64,000 bases of DNA. Origin: an uncultured Alphaproteobacteria bacterium. GTDB lineage: Bacteria; Pseudomonadota; Alphaproteobacteria; HIMB59. This document shows, in pieces, positions 27,610 to 37,942 of the stretch (position 1 is its first letter; the number at the start of each line of letters is the position of its first letter). A program made the position numbers and the translations under genes. The stretch covers positions 35,378-99,377 of the forward strand of contig CACMGP010000002.1 of NCBI GenBank assembly GCA_902613185.1. Reading direction: 5' to 3'. The notes beneath the pieces are model-generated. The model was not told where the DNA came from, made no database searches, and saw only the letters and a program-made list of their open reading frames with translations.

Positions 27610-28572
27610 ATGAATTTGGATTTTTTAATAATTATATTTTTAATTATTGTAATCGTTCTTTTAATTTTTGTTTTATTTAAGACGAGTACTAAGACTAATG
27701 ATAACAAAGATTTAGATTTAAAAAGAATTAACGAAAACCTCGCAAACCTATTTGATAAAACTGTTGAACAAACGGGATATGTTAATTCCAAAATAGATGA
27801 AATTGGAGTTTTAACAAAAAAAATGACTAATGCTATGACAGCAAATATCTCCGATATGGGTGACATGGGTGAGGCTATTTTGGAAAATATCTTACAAGAT
27901 TGTGGAATGACCAAAGATAGAGACTACAAAACGCAATTTACTGATAAAAATGAGAGTGGGCAAATTTTTAGGCCTGATGTAGTAATTTTTCTTCCAGAAA
28001 AAAGGAATATTATTATTGATTCAAAATTACCAATGAAAGATTGGTATGATTATCAAAACACTGATGATGAAAAGGCAAAAGAGGTGTCTATAAAAAATTT
28101 CATAAGTTCAATGAAAAGTCATATAAATGCTATTCACAAAAAGGATTATACAAACCTCATAAAAGTGAATTCGCCAGATTATGTCTTTATATTCATGCCT
28201 CATGATTATGCATTGATCACTGCTCAAAAGTACGATCAGAGTATTTCAAACTATGCGCAGCAAAAACAAGTAATAATTGTGGGACCATCTACTCTCATTA
28301 TGTGCATGAAACTCGTCGAGAGTATTTGGAGACTTGAGAAACAAAATAAAAATTCAAAAGAAATTGCAGAAATTGCAGGTAGCATGTTTGACCAGATTGC
28401 AAAAACTTTAAATTTGCTAGAAAAAACTGAAGCAAGTTTAATTAAATCAACTGAAAATATAAATCAGTCAAAAAAATATATAACAGATGGTAAGGGTAGT
28501 TTATTAAGTAGGGCTAATAAAATTAAAGATTTAGGTGCCAAAACAAAAGTGGAGTTAGATATTAATGAATGA
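27610..28572 (+). CDS. rmuC: DNA recombination protein RmuC
   Basis: N-terminal TM helix; GDMGE..LENIL..CG, RPDVVIFLP, IIDSK, DYVFIFMP and VGPSTL motifs. Confidence 0.9.
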   Translation: MNLDFLIIIFLIIVIVLLIFVLFKTSTKTNDNKDLDLKRINENLANLFDKTVEQTGYVNSKIDEIGVLTKKMTNAMTANISDMGDMGEAILENILQDCGMTKDRDYKTQFTDKNESGQIFRPDVVIFLPEKRNIIIDSKLPMKDWYDYQNTDDEKAKEVSIKNFISSMKSHINAIHKKDYTNLIKVNSPDYVFIFMPHDYALITAQKYDQSISNYAQQKQVIIVGPSTLIMCMKLVESIWRLEKQNKNSKEIAEIAGSMFDQIAKTLNLLEKTEASLIKSTENINQSKKYITDGKGSLLSRANKIKDLGAKTKVELDINE

Positions 28573-29546
28573 ATATTCTTGTATATAGTTTTAATGATAA
28601 AATTGGAGATGGCTTACAAAAGGTAACTTTTTTACAAACTTTAAAAAACATATACCCTGAGTCAAAAATTTATTACACGACCACCCATACAACAACTTTT
28701 AAAGATAAATTAAATCCATTAGTAAAAGATACAATTTTTGAAATTATTGAAAATAATGGCATACAGTCATCAATATCAAATCTATTTAGAAAAAATACTA
28801 AACTTGAAAATCAATATTTTGATTTAATCATAGATTTACAAAAAGTTGTTTTAAGGACATTAAGTCTAAAAAAAATACCACATAAATATTTTTTTAGTTC
28901 ATGTGCAAACTTTTTTTTTTCTGATATTAAAAATAAATACAATTTAAAATTTAAAGATGTTTATATTGAGCAATTTTATTTTAATATTTTATCAACCCTT
29001 CAAAAAAAAGTTATTAAAGAGATACCTAATATAAGACTTCCAAAAAATATTAAGTTTTCATTTAATAATGAAGAAATTAAAAAAAATATTGCAATCTCAC
29101 CAGGTGCTGGCAATAAAATAAGACAATGGGATTTTGAAAAGTATTTAATGATTGCACACAAATTGCAAAAAAATGGCTATAATATTTTCTTTTTTTTAGG
29201 TCCTGATGAAAAAGATCTCTTAAATATTTGTCTTAAAAACGGCTTTAACTGCCCAGAATGGAAAAATGGTGAGTTAATCTCAAACGATATAACTTTCACT
29301 ATGAGTTTAGCAAAACAAATGAGTTGTTTGCTTTGCAATGATAGTGGCACTGCTTGGATGTTTGAATTTGTGGGAGTAAAAACACTTAAAATATTTGGAG
29401 TTACTAATGAAAAAAAATTTTCAAGACCTGGTTTTTCAAAGACAATTCAAATAAAAGATTATGGTTTTAAAAATTTAAAAGATTTCCCATTGAATATTTA
29501 TGAAAATATTTTACGAGAATTTCTTAAATCAATTGATGCTAACTAA
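28569..29546 (+). CDS. Glycosyltransferase family 9 (heptosyltransferase-like)
   Basis: DKIGD, IIDLQ, ISPGAG..RQW, FLGPDE and CNDSGTAW..FG motifs. Confidence 0.82.
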   Translation: MNILVYSFNDKIGDGLQKVTFLQTLKNIYPESKIYYTTTHTTTFKDKLNPLVKDTIFEIIENNGIQSSISNLFRKNTKLENQYFDLIIDLQKVVLRTLSLKKIPHKYFFSSCANFFFSDIKNKYNLKFKDVYIEQFYFNILSTLQKKVIKEIPNIRLPKNIKFSFNNEEIKKNIAISPGAGNKIRQWDFEKYLMIAHKLQKNGYNIFFFLGPDEKDLLNICLKNGFNCPEWKNGELISNDITFTMSLAKQMSCLLCNDSGTAWMFEFVGVKTLKIFGVTNEKKFSRPGFSKTIQIKDYGFKNLKDFPLNIYENILREFLKSIDAN

Positions 29547-30357
29547 CTATTTTTGAGTTTTTTTGATAAGTATAACTAGGGACTATATAATGTCTTACAG
29601 AGGATCCCTTTAATTTAAATATTCCATTGTTATTAAACTTTATATCTAATTCAGACATGTCAAAAATATCATTATTTGAAATATAATTTCTCATTACTTT
29701 TGTATACATACCAGGTCCAGTAAAATTTAAAATAGCTACCTTTGGATTTTCAAAAACCTTATCTCTATAATATTTATAGTCTGAACAAATATTATTAATT
29801 AAACTCTCTAAAAACAAATTTTTTGATGAAAATGCAAGTCCCCATTGCAAAAAATGGTTAAAAGGTCTGAGTAGTGAGAAAAGTTTCGGATCATTTGGTG
29901 GGTAATAGCAGATTGTATCCTCATAAGTTAAGACTCCTATGTGATTACTATCATGAAGTTGATTAAGTGGGCATTTGCAGCCTTTTGCTATATCGAAATA
30001 ATAACCACCTAACTCATACAATATACAATAACGGAAAATATCAGCTTTCATTGGACCAAAAATACTTTTGAAATATATTTTTGAAATATCTTCCTTGCCC
30101 CAACTAGACTCCATGTAGCTATCTCTTTTCTCCTTATCATATAAATAGAAAGAGAAAGTTGGATTTTTTTCTCTAAATTCTTGAATTGATTTAGCGTGAG
30201 TCTTTCCAAGAGATCTAGTCTCCCATGTTTGATAGACATTTTGGGGTATTTTATTAATTGATTTGTAGTTGCTTATTTTGTCTTTTATTTCAACTAATGG
30301 AAACTCAGTAAATTTTCTGGCAAATTTTCTAAGATTATATCCTATTGACTCACTCAT
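29539..30357 (-). CDS. Glycosyltransferase family 32 (OCH1/SUR1-like)
   Basis: [27 protein letters not shown] and FTGPG motifs. Start reset to ATG 30357 because the track start lies inside the tRNA. Confidence 0.82.
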   Translation of the reverse strand: MSESIGYNLRKFARKFTEFPLVEIKDKISNYKSINKIPQNVYQTWETRSLGKTHAKSIQEFREKNPTFSFYLYDKEKRDSYMESSWGKEDISKIYFKSIFGPMKADIFRYCILYELGGYYFDIAKGCKCPLNQLHDSNHIGVLTYEDTICYYPPNDPKLFSLLRPFNHFLQWGLAFSSKNLFLESLINNICSDYKYYRDKVFENPKVAILNFTGPGMYTKVMRNYISNNDIFDMSELDIKFNNNGIFKLKGSSVRHYIVPSYTYQKNSKIVS

Positions 30358-30362
30358 TTTAT

Positions 30363-30452
30363 TGGCGGAGAGAGTGGGATTCGAACCCACGATAGAGTTA
30401 CCCCTATACACGCGTTCCAGGCGTGCGCCTTAAACCACTCGGCCATCTCTCC
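30363..30452 (-). tRNA. tRNA-Ser(GGA), long variable arm, encoded CCA
   Basis: GGAGAGATGGCCGAGTGGTTTAAGGCGCACGCCTGGAACGCGTGTATAGGGGTAACTCTATCGTGGGTTCGAATCCCACTCTCTCCGCCA; anticodon stem CACGC/GCGTG; T-loop TTCGAAT. Confidence 0.97.
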
Positions 30453-30456
30453 ATTA

Positions 30457-32256
30457 TTATTCATTATCACCTATTTTTAATGCCTCAAAAAAAGCAGTCT
30501 GCGGAATTTCAACATTACCAAATTGTTTCATTCTTTTCTTTCCCTTTTTTTGTTTTTCCAAAAGTTTTTTCTTTCTACTCACATCTCCGCCATAAAGTTT
30601 AGCAGTCACATCTTTTCTAAAAGCTTTAATGGTTTCTCTGGCTATAATTTTTCCATAAATTGCAGCCTGAATTGGTATTTGAAAGTTTTGTCTTGGAATT
30701 AAATCTTTTAGCTTATTACAAATCCTTCTACCAATCGTTTCAGCTCTTGATTTATGAACTATATTTGAAAATGCATCAACAGTTTCTGAATTAACAAGAA
30801 TATTTAGTTTTACTAAATCTCCTTCAAAATAATCGTAGACCTGATAATCAAAACTAGCATAACCTTTTGAATAAGATTTTAATTTGTCATAAAAATCTAT
30901 AACGATTTCATTCAAAGGTAATTCCATTTCTAAGATAGCTCTGTTGTTTTGTATATTTAAGTTTTTTTGTTTACCTCTTTTTTCAATACAAAGTGTTATT
31001 ACAGTACCCAAATAATCCTGTGGCACTATTATAGTAGATTTAACCCATGGTTCTAAAATTTTATCTATTTCAGCTGGATCAGTTAGTTCAGAGGGATTTC
31101 TTATTACAATTTCGTTTTTATTTCTGTCAATTACTTTATATACAACTCCTGGAGCAGTAGTAATTAAATCTAAATCAAATTCTCTTCTAAGTCTTTCTGT
31201 TGTAACCTCTAGGTGAAGCAAACCTAAAAAACCACACCTAAAACCATAACCTAAAGCAGCACTAGTCTCATTTTCATATGTAAAACTTGAGTCATTTAAA
31301 GCAAGTTTTTCAAAACTCTCTTTAAGTCTCTCATAATCTGATGTATCAACAGGATATATCCCACAAAACACGACTGGTAATGAGGGCTTGAAACCTGGAA
31401 GTGGTTTTATTTTTTGATCATTTAATTCTGCTATTGTGTCACCGACTTTACAGTCAGCAACTGACTTTATACTAGCATTAATAAAACCTATTTCTCCTGG
31501 ACCTAATTCATCACAATAATTTATTTCAGGTGTGAAATATCCAATTCTATCGATATTGTATTGTTGATTATTAGATAAAAACTTAACCTTCATACCTTTT
31601 TTCATAACTCCATCAAGAACTCTAACCAGAACTGTTACTCCTAAATAATTATCGTACCAACTGTCCACTAAGAGAGCCTTGAGATTTTTTTCATTTGTAT
31701 TTGGAGAAGGTAGTTTTTCTACAATCTGATCTAATAAATCTTCAACTCCAAGTCCAGTTTTTGCAGAAACGAGACGAGCTTCTGAAGTATCTATTCCTAT
31801 TGTTTGTTCAATGTCTTCTTTTACTCTTTCTGGCTCTGATGCTGGTAAATCTGCTTTGTTGAGAACTGGAAGTATCTCATGATTTACATCTATTGCCTGA
31901 TAAGCATTTGCGAGAGTTTGTGCCTCAACCCCCTGTGTGCTGTCAACAACTAAAACTGAGCCTTCACAAGCTGATAGTGATCTTGAAACTTCATAGGAAA
32001 AATCAACGTGTCCAGGTGTATCAAGTATATTAAGTTGATATTCATCACCTTTTTTATTTTTATAGTTTAATCGGACTGTTTGAGCTTTTATAGTGATCCC
32101 CCTTTCTCTTTCAATCTCCATTGAATCCAAGACTTGGTCTTTTTTAGTCCTGTCATCCATCCCTCCACAAATTTCAATTATTCTGTCCGCTAGAGTGGAT
32201 TTACCATGATCAATATGAGCTATTATCGAAAAATTTCTAATTTTAGAAATTTCCAT
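30457..32256 (-). CDS. lepA: Elongation factor 4 (LepA)
   Basis: [28 protein letters not shown] and CGFLGLLH motifs. Confidence 0.97.
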   Translation of the reverse strand: MEISKIRNFSIIAHIDHGKSTLADRIIEICGGMDDRTKKDQVLDSMEIERERGITIKAQTVRLNYKNKKGDEYQLNILDTPGHVDFSYEVSRSLSACEGSVLVVDSTQGVEAQTLANAYQAIDVNHEILPVLNKADLPASEPERVKEDIEQTIGIDTSEARLVSAKTGLGVEDLLDQIVEKLPSPNTNEKNLKALLVDSWYDNYLGVTVLVRVLDGVMKKGMKVKFLSNNQQYNIDRIGYFTPEINYCDELGPGEIGFINASIKSVADCKVGDTIAELNDQKIKPLPGFKPSLPVVFCGIYPVDTSDYERLKESFEKLALNDSSFTYENETSAALGYGFRCGFLGLLHLEVTTERLRREFDLDLITTAPGVVYKVIDRNKNEIVIRNPSELTDPAEIDKILEPWVKSTIIVPQDYLGTVITLCIEKRGKQKNLNIQNNRAILEMELPLNEIVIDFYDKLKSYSKGYASFDYQVYDYFEGDLVKLNILVNSETVDAFSNIVHKSRAETIGRRICNKLKDLIPRQNFQIPIQAAIYGKIIARETIKAFRKDVTAKLYGGDVSRKKKLLEKQKKGKKRMKQFGNVEIPQTAFFEALKIGDNE

Positions 32257-34649
32257 TAGCTTCTAATTTTTGCTTTAAATTTATTTGATACTTTTTCTAA
32301 AATATTTTTATGTAATTGTTCTAAATCTTTTTCTTCAAGAGTTTTTTCTTTAGATTGAATAGTAACCCTAAATGTTACACTTTTACTGTCATCACCTAAG
32401 TCTTTTGCTACATATAAATCAAAAAATTCTACATTTTTAATTAAGTTTTTATCTAAACCTTTGACGTATCTCTGAACTTCATAGAGATTTTGCTCCTTTT
32501 CGAATAAAAAAGAAAAGTCTTTTTCACTGAACTGAAATTGGGAATCTAAGATATTTATATTATTAGCTCTACTAATTGAATCAATTGGAAGGTTTTCAAA
32601 AAATAATTCAATTGCATAACAATTTTTAAGTTTAGGAAATTCCTCCATAATTAGTGGATGAACTTTTCCATATCTAGCTATTAATTTTTTTCCCATAAAT
32701 AGTTCAGCAGACTGACCTGGGTGATAAGTATTTGAAGTTGATCTTAATATGTTAAATTGTTTTATGTCAAAATTTAATGAACTTATTAATATTGAGGTTA
32801 ATTCTGTTAAAGAGTAAAAATTAAATTCTTCAGATTTGTAAATAGAGTTTGTATTTTCTTCAGTTGAAATAAGCAATGATAGAATATTTTCTTGAGATTG
32901 AGATGAATTATAAATAGGTCCTATTTCAAATAATTGAATATTTTTAAAACCTTTTTTAAAATTTAATTCTGCACTTTCTAAATGGTTAAATATCATAGAA
33001 TTTCTCATATAAGATTGATCATCACTGATTGCATTTGAAATTTTTAAGGATTTATCTCCTTTAAGGATTTCTTGAGCTCTAATTGAGTGAAAAGAAAAAG
33101 TTATAACTTCAGAAATTCCATTAGATATAAGGGTTTTTTTAAGTTTTTTTATTGATTTAAATTTCTTATTTGATGATGAATTATCAATTTTATCAATCTC
33201 ATCGATTGTTGCAGAGGGCACACTTTGTTTAATATTTTCATATCCATAAATTCTTATAATTTCTTCAACTATATCGATTTTGTTTTTAACATCATTCCTC
33301 CATGATGGAACTAAGACTTCACATTCCTTTTCATTACTTTTATTAATTTGAAATTTGAGATCTTTTAATATTTTGATTTGTTTTTGTGGGTCTAGTTCTA
33401 AACCAATAGTCTTATTAAAGTAATCAAAATTATAATTTATTTTATGCTCAAAATTTTCTAATTTTCCAGCTTCAATATTTTTACTTACTAAGCCACCACA
33501 TATTTTATTTATTAAATATGATGCATATTCTAAACCTTCAATGACCATATTTTTATCTAATCCTCTTTCAAAACGATACCTAGCATCTGAATTTATTCCA
33601 AGAGATCTTCCAGTTTGTGCTACGCTATTCGGATTAAAAAGAGCAACCTCAAGAAATACATTTTTAGTATCATCTGTGCATCCGCTGAGGTCTCCTCCTA
33701 TAATTCCTGCTATGGCAAGTGCATTATTTCCATCAGCTATTACAGTTGTATTTTTATCTAATGTGTATTCTTTGTTATCTAAAGCAAGAATTCTTTCTTT
33801 CGCATTTGCAAGCCTCATATCTAGTTTTTTTCCAATTTTATCTGCATCAAAAACGTGTAAAGGTCTGCCTAAATCAATAGTGATATAATTTGTTATATCT
33901 ACTAAAGCGTTTATGGGTCTTAGTCCAAGGCTGATAAGTTTTTTTTGTAACCATTCTGGAGATTTAGAATTATTTACATTTTTAAAATATCTACTTACTA
34001 CATATTCACAACTATTATCATCATTGTTAATATTCCAAATGATTGGGCTTGCGAATTCTAACTGATTTATTTTTTTAAAATTTAAAGGCTTTAGTTTACC
34101 AACACCTTTAGCTGAGAGATCTCTAGCAACGCCTCTAACACCAAGGCAATCTCCTCTATTAGGTGTAATACCTATCTCGAAAATAGGATCATTTAATTTC
34201 AAAGCTTCAACTGCTGAGGTGCCATTTTCAAAATCATCAAGTAACTCAATAATACCCTCATGATCATCACTTAAGTTAAGCTCCCTCTCAGACAAAAGCA
34301 TACCCTCAGATATTTCACCTCTAATTTTTCCTTTTTTTAAATTTATCTGTGTTCCTGGAATATACATGCCATCTTTGGCAAATATTCCTTTTAATCCCTT
34401 CTTTACATTATTTGCTCCACAGATTACCTGATAGGTATTGGTTCCATCGTCAACTTTACAGATATTTAATCTATCTGCATTAGGATGTTTTCTAAAATCT
34501 TTTATGGTTGCAACTACAAACTTTGAGTATTCTGAATAGTCAGTCAAGCTCTCAAGTTCAAGACCTAAATTTGTAAGAGCTTCACCAATTTCATTTGCAT
34601 TTTTATCTGTCTCTAAATGATCACACAACCAACTATAACTAAACTTCAC
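32256..34649 (-). CDS. pheT: Phenylalanine--tRNA ligase beta subunit
   Basis: [30 protein letters not shown] and C-terminal anticodon-binding domain. Confidence 0.95.
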   Translation of the reverse strand: MKFSYSWLCDHLETDKNANEIGEALTNLGLELESLTDYSEYSKFVVATIKDFRKHPNADRLNICKVDDGTNTYQVICGANNVKKGLKGIFAKDGMYIPGTQINLKKGKIRGEISEGMLLSERELNLSDDHEGIIELLDDFENGTSAVEALKLNDPIFEIGITPNRGDCLGVRGVARDLSAKGVGKLKPLNFKKINQLEFASPIIWNINNDDNSCEYVVSRYFKNVNNSKSPEWLQKKLISLGLRPINALVDITNYITIDLGRPLHVFDADKIGKKLDMRLANAKERILALDNKEYTLDKNTTVIADGNNALAIAGIIGGDLSGCTDDTKNVFLEVALFNPNSVAQTGRSLGINSDARYRFERGLDKNMVIEGLEYASYLINKICGGLVSKNIEAGKLENFEHKINYNFDYFNKTIGLELDPQKQIKILKDLKFQINKSNEKECEVLVPSWRNDVKNKIDIVEEIIRIYGYENIKQSVPSATIDEIDKIDNSSSNKKFKSIKKLKKTLISNGISEVITFSFHSIRAQEILKGDKSLKISNAISDDQSYMRNSMIFNHLESAELNFKKGFKNIQLFEIGPIYNSSQSQENILSLLISTEENTNSIYKSEEFNFYSLTELTSILISSLNFDIKQFNILRSTSNTYHPGQSAELFMGKKLIARYGKVHPLIMEEFPKLKNCYAIELFFENLPIDSISRANNINILDSQFQFSEKDFSFLFEKEQNLYEVQRYVKGLDKNLIKNVEFFDLYVAKDLGDDSKSVTFRVTIQSKEKTLEEKDLEQLHKNILEKVSNKFKAKIRS

Positions 34650-35698
34650 TAAAATTCTCCTATGGTAAAGCCATTGCTAGCTATCCAATTTAAATTTCCA
34701 CTAAAAAATGATCTAATATCTGTAAGCCCATACTTTAACATTGTGATTCTGTCTAAGCCCACTCCAAATGCAAAACCTTGATAGGTATTCGTATCCACAT
34801 TGCAGTTCTCTAAAACTATTGGGTTCACCATTCCACATCCAAGAATCTCAAGCCAACGATCACCTTGACCTAATTGGATCTTGTTATTAACTATTTCATA
34901 AGCAATATCCATTTCAGCAGAAGGTTCAGTAAAAGGAAAGTAACTAGGTCGAAATCTTACTTTTAGATTCTGTACATTAAAAAATTGTTTACAGAATTCA
35001 ATTAGAGTGCCCTTCAAATCTCCCATATTTGCATTTTCATTAATAAACAAACCCTCAACTTGATGAAACATTGGAGAATGTGTTGAGTCAGAGTCACACC
35101 TATATGTTCTTCCAGGAGCAATTATTTTGACTGGGGGTTTTTGATTTAATAACGTTCTAATTTGAACTGGGCTAGTGTGTGTTCGTAAAACGTAGGACTT
35201 ACCTTCTTTATCCTTGTCATCTATATAAAAAGTATCCTGCATTTCACGTGCAGGATGATTTTCAGGAATATTTAACGCTGAAAAATTGAAAAAATCTGTC
35301 TCAATATCAGGGCCTTCGGCAACAGAGTAACCCATTGATCCAAAAATAGTGATAACCTCATCAAATGTTTTTGATATTGGATGAGCCTTTGAAGCTATAG
35401 AATTTGGTGGAGGGAAACTTATATCTAAATATTCGTTTTTTAATTTAGAGTTTATTTCTTCAATTTTTAAATCGTTAAATTTATTTTTAATAAGATTATC
35501 AACTTCAATTCTTAGTAAATTTAATTTTGAACCTGAAGATTTTTTTTCTTCTAAAGAAAGATCCTTAAGACTTTTCAATAACTCAGTTATTTTCCCCTTT
35601 TTTCCTAAGTAAGCTACTTTAACGTTTTGTAATTCTTGTTGGCTAGAGCTTTGCTCTATTTCTTTCGTAACTTCATTTAGGACTTTTTTAATGTCCAT
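34649..35698 (-). CDS. pheS: Phenylalanine--tRNA ligase alpha subunit
   Basis: HPAREMQDTFY, LRTHTSPVQ, MFHQVEG, RPSYFPFTEPS and GFAFGVGLDR motifs. Confidence 0.97.
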   Translation of the reverse strand: MDIKKVLNEVTKEIEQSSSQQELQNVKVAYLGKKGKITELLKSLKDLSLEEKKSSGSKLNLLRIEVDNLIKNKFNDLKIEEINSKLKNEYLDISFPPPNSIASKAHPISKTFDEVITIFGSMGYSVAEGPDIETDFFNFSALNIPENHPAREMQDTFYIDDKDKEGKSYVLRTHTSPVQIRTLLNQKPPVKIIAPGRTYRCDSDSTHSPMFHQVEGLFINENANMGDLKGTLIEFCKQFFNVQNLKVRFRPSYFPFTEPSAEMDIAYEIVNNKIQLGQGDRWLEILGCGMVNPIVLENCNVDTNTYQGFAFGVGLDRITMLKYGLTDIRSFFSGNLNWIASNGFTIGEF

Positions 35699-35705
35699 TT
35701 TTAAT

Positions 35706-36065
35706 CTAGTTGGCTAAATTAGCCTTGGCTTTCTCAACAATTGATTTAAAAGCAGCGGGTTCATGAAATGCAATTTCAGAGAGAATTTTTCTATTGATTT
35801 CAATGTTTGCTTTTTTTAATCCATCAATAAATTTTGCATAAGTTAGACCATGCTCTCTAACTCCGGCATTAATTCTTTGGATCCATAATCCTCTAAAATC
35901 TCTTTTCTTATTTCTTCTATCACGATAAGCGTATTGGAGAGCTTTATCCATACTTTGTGTTGCTACTCTATAAACATTTTTTCTTCTACCTCGATGTCCT
36001 TTTGTAAATTCAAAAACTTTTTTATGTTTGGCTCTTGCTGTAACACCTCTTTTAACTCTTGGCAT
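35706..36065 (-). CDS. rplT: 50S ribosomal protein L20
   Basis: MPRVKRGV and [23 protein letters not shown] motifs. Confidence 0.97.
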   Translation of the reverse strand: MPRVKRGVTARAKHKKVFEFTKGHRGRRKNVYRVATQSMDKALQYAYRDRRNKKRDFRGLWIQRINAGVREHGLTYAKFIDGLKKANIEINRKILSEIAFHEPAAFKSIVEKAKANLAN

Positions 36066-36081
36066 AATATCTCTCCTTTAC

Positions 36082-36282
36082 CTATTTAGAATATGGCATC
36101 ATTGACTCAATTATTATTGATGCAGATTTTGATAAGACCCTTGTACCTTTAGAATTTCTGATAAAAGAGTTTGTTCTTTTAGACATGCCATGGCGTTTAC
36201 CAACGTTTCCGACAACTAGTTTTCCTGATGAGGATTTTTTAAAGCGTTTTTTGGCGCTACTTTTTGTTTTTAGTTTGGGCAT
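36082..36282 (-). CDS. rpmI: 50S ribosomal protein L35
   Basis: [15 protein letters not shown]; located between infC and rplT. Confidence 0.95.
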   Translation of the reverse strand: MPKLKTKSSAKKRFKKSSSGKLVVGNVGKRHGMSKRTNSFIRNSKGTRVLSKSASIIIESMMPYSK

Positions 36283-36373
36283 TTCATCTCCTTTTGAGTA
36301 AGTTAATAAGATCTTAAGGCATACCCTTTAAAAGCCTTTTCGATCAGTTGATGTCAGTTAAATATCATAAATT

Positions 36374-36919
36374 TTATTTGGGTGCAACTACGAGAAAAGC
36401 TTGTCTTCCCTCGATTTTAGGTTCCATTTCAACTCTGATAAGATCTCCCAAATCTGTTTTAACCCTTTTGAGCATATCAATACCTAAATTAGAATGCTCC
36501 ATTTCTCTACCCTTAAATCTCAAGCTGAATTTCACTCTGTTTCCCTCTTTTAAAAATTTCTGAGCATTTCTGATTTTAACTTGGTAGTCGTGCTCTCCTG
36601 TACCCGGTCTAATTTTAAGCTCTTTGGTTTCAATTACTTTTTGTTTCTTTTTTGCTTCATTTTTTTTCTTCTGTTCTTGATACTTAAATTTTCCATAGTC
36701 TACTATTTTACAAACTGGAGGATTATTATTTGGAGCTATCTCTACTAAATCCATACCTCTACCTTTAGCAATGTCTATAGCTTCATTTTTTTTCATAACT
36801 CCTAATTGCTCCCCATCATCAAGAATAACCCTAACATCCGCCGCAGAAATAAAATTATTTATCTTATGGAGATCTTTTTTGCCACGAAAGTTATTATTTC
36901 TTTGGTAAGGTTTATTCAA
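36374..36919 (-). CDS. infC: Translation initiation factor IF-3 (non-ATG start)
   Basis: DLVEIAPNNNPPVCKIVDYGKFKY and KELKIRP motifs. TTG at 36919, with an in-frame ATT at 36922. Confidence 0.95.
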   Translation of the reverse strand: MNKPYQRNNNFRGKKDLHKINNFISAADVRVILDDGEQLGVMKKNEAIDIAKGRGMDLVEIAPNNNPPVCKIVDYGKFKYQEQKKKNEAKKKQKVIETKELKIRPGTGEHDYQVKIRNAQKFLKEGNRVKFSLRFKGREMEHSNLGIDMLKRVKTDLGDLIRVEMEPKIEGRQAFLVVAPK

Positions 36920-37033
36920 AATATTTTGTGTGATGGAAAAGAAAGGAGGTTTGCAATTATAAATGTCCTAGTGATTGCTTTAATAAAATCATCTAAGGAT
37001 TATTAGCAAAGATAGATCAATTGTAAATATAAA

Positions 37034-37942
37034 TTATTTTAATATTTGTTCTATTTTATTGATAATAATGTTCACACTAATATTTTTTACGTTAGATGCC
37101 GTGATTTTATGTAAATTATTCCCTAGAGGGTAACATGATCGAGAAATTTCGTTATCATTTGCTAACCAAATTACGTTTTTATTTGTTAAACCTGCAATAT
37201 GGGCTGGTCCTGTGTCATTTGTAATGACTAACACAGAAGAATTACATAATTGATAGAAATCCTCAATCTTTGATTCATTGATTTTATTTTTAGACTCTGG
37301 ACACAATTTAATTATTTCATTAATTGTATCTAAATCTAAATAAGAGCCTGTTAGATAAACTTCATAGTTTCTAACAACTAAATACTTTGCTACTCGGGCA
37401 TATTTATCCGAAGGCCATTTTTTATATTCTCCAGATTTAGATGTCCCTGGTATAAAAATTACTTTATTTGATGGTTTTGTATTACCTTTGAGCATCCAAT
37501 TTAAATCAGGTTGTGAGTAATTATTTATTTTCAGATATTTTAATTGTTCTTGATGGTTTTTAGTGATGTGTTGAATACCAAGTTTTTTTTGCTTATATTT
37601 GAAACTTGAAAATTTTCTTGCAGATAAGATTTTACATTTAGTAAACATCTTTATAAAAAAATTATAAATTTCTGTTCTATTTGAATTTTGTAAATCAATT
37701 AATAAATCTATTTTTTTTTCTTTAACTTTTTTCAAAATATTTTTTATTGAAGGGAAAATTGATATCCTATTATCAACTAAAATTTCATTCACATAAGGTA
37801 AGTTTTTAAAAATTTGTTTATAGTTAGACTGAGTAAGTAAGTATATGTTCGAGTTTGGATAATTTTCTCTTAAAGTTTTAATAGCTCCAAATGATAAGAC
37901 TAAATCACCAAGTGAACCATGTTTAATTACTAGAATATTCAT
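37034..37942 (-). CDS. Glycosyltransferase family 9
   Basis: IKHGSLGD, IDLQNSNRT, IPGTS..KKWP and TNDTGPAHIA motifs. Confidence 0.88.
   Translation of the reverse strand: MNILVIKHGSLGDLVLSFGAIKTLRENYPNSNIYLLTQSNYKQIFKNLPYVNEILVDNRISIFPSIKNILKKVKEKKIDLLIDLQNSNRTEIYNFFIKMFTKCKILSARKFSSFKYKQKKLGIQHITKNHQEQLKYLKINNYSQPDLNWMLKGNTKPSNKVIFIPGTSKSGEYKKWPSDKYARVAKYLVVRNYEVYLTGSYLDLDTINEIIKLCPESKNKINESKIEDFYQLCNSSVLVITNDTGPAHIAGLTNKNVIWLANDNEISRSCYPLGNNLHKITASNVKNISVNIIINKIEQILK

Noticed and set aside
27477-27914. 145-aa antisense ORF
   Set aside because: Overlaps rmuC and the upstream ORF, with no motif; a shadow frame.
30358-30411. ORF-track N-terminal extension of the GT32 gene ([18 protein letters not shown])
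   Set aside because: It is the translated 3' half of tRNA-Ser; the real start is ATG 30357.
27122-30452. Genomic island integrated at tRNA-Ser
   Set aside because: No integrase and no duplicated tRNA 3' end (att) was seen in the window; rmuC and GT9 look like core genes.
36806-37006. 66-aa plus-strand ORF overlapping the infC start
   Set aside because: The first 115 nt or so are antisense to infC. Only the last 16 codons behind the strong SD-like motif are kept as a speculative finding.
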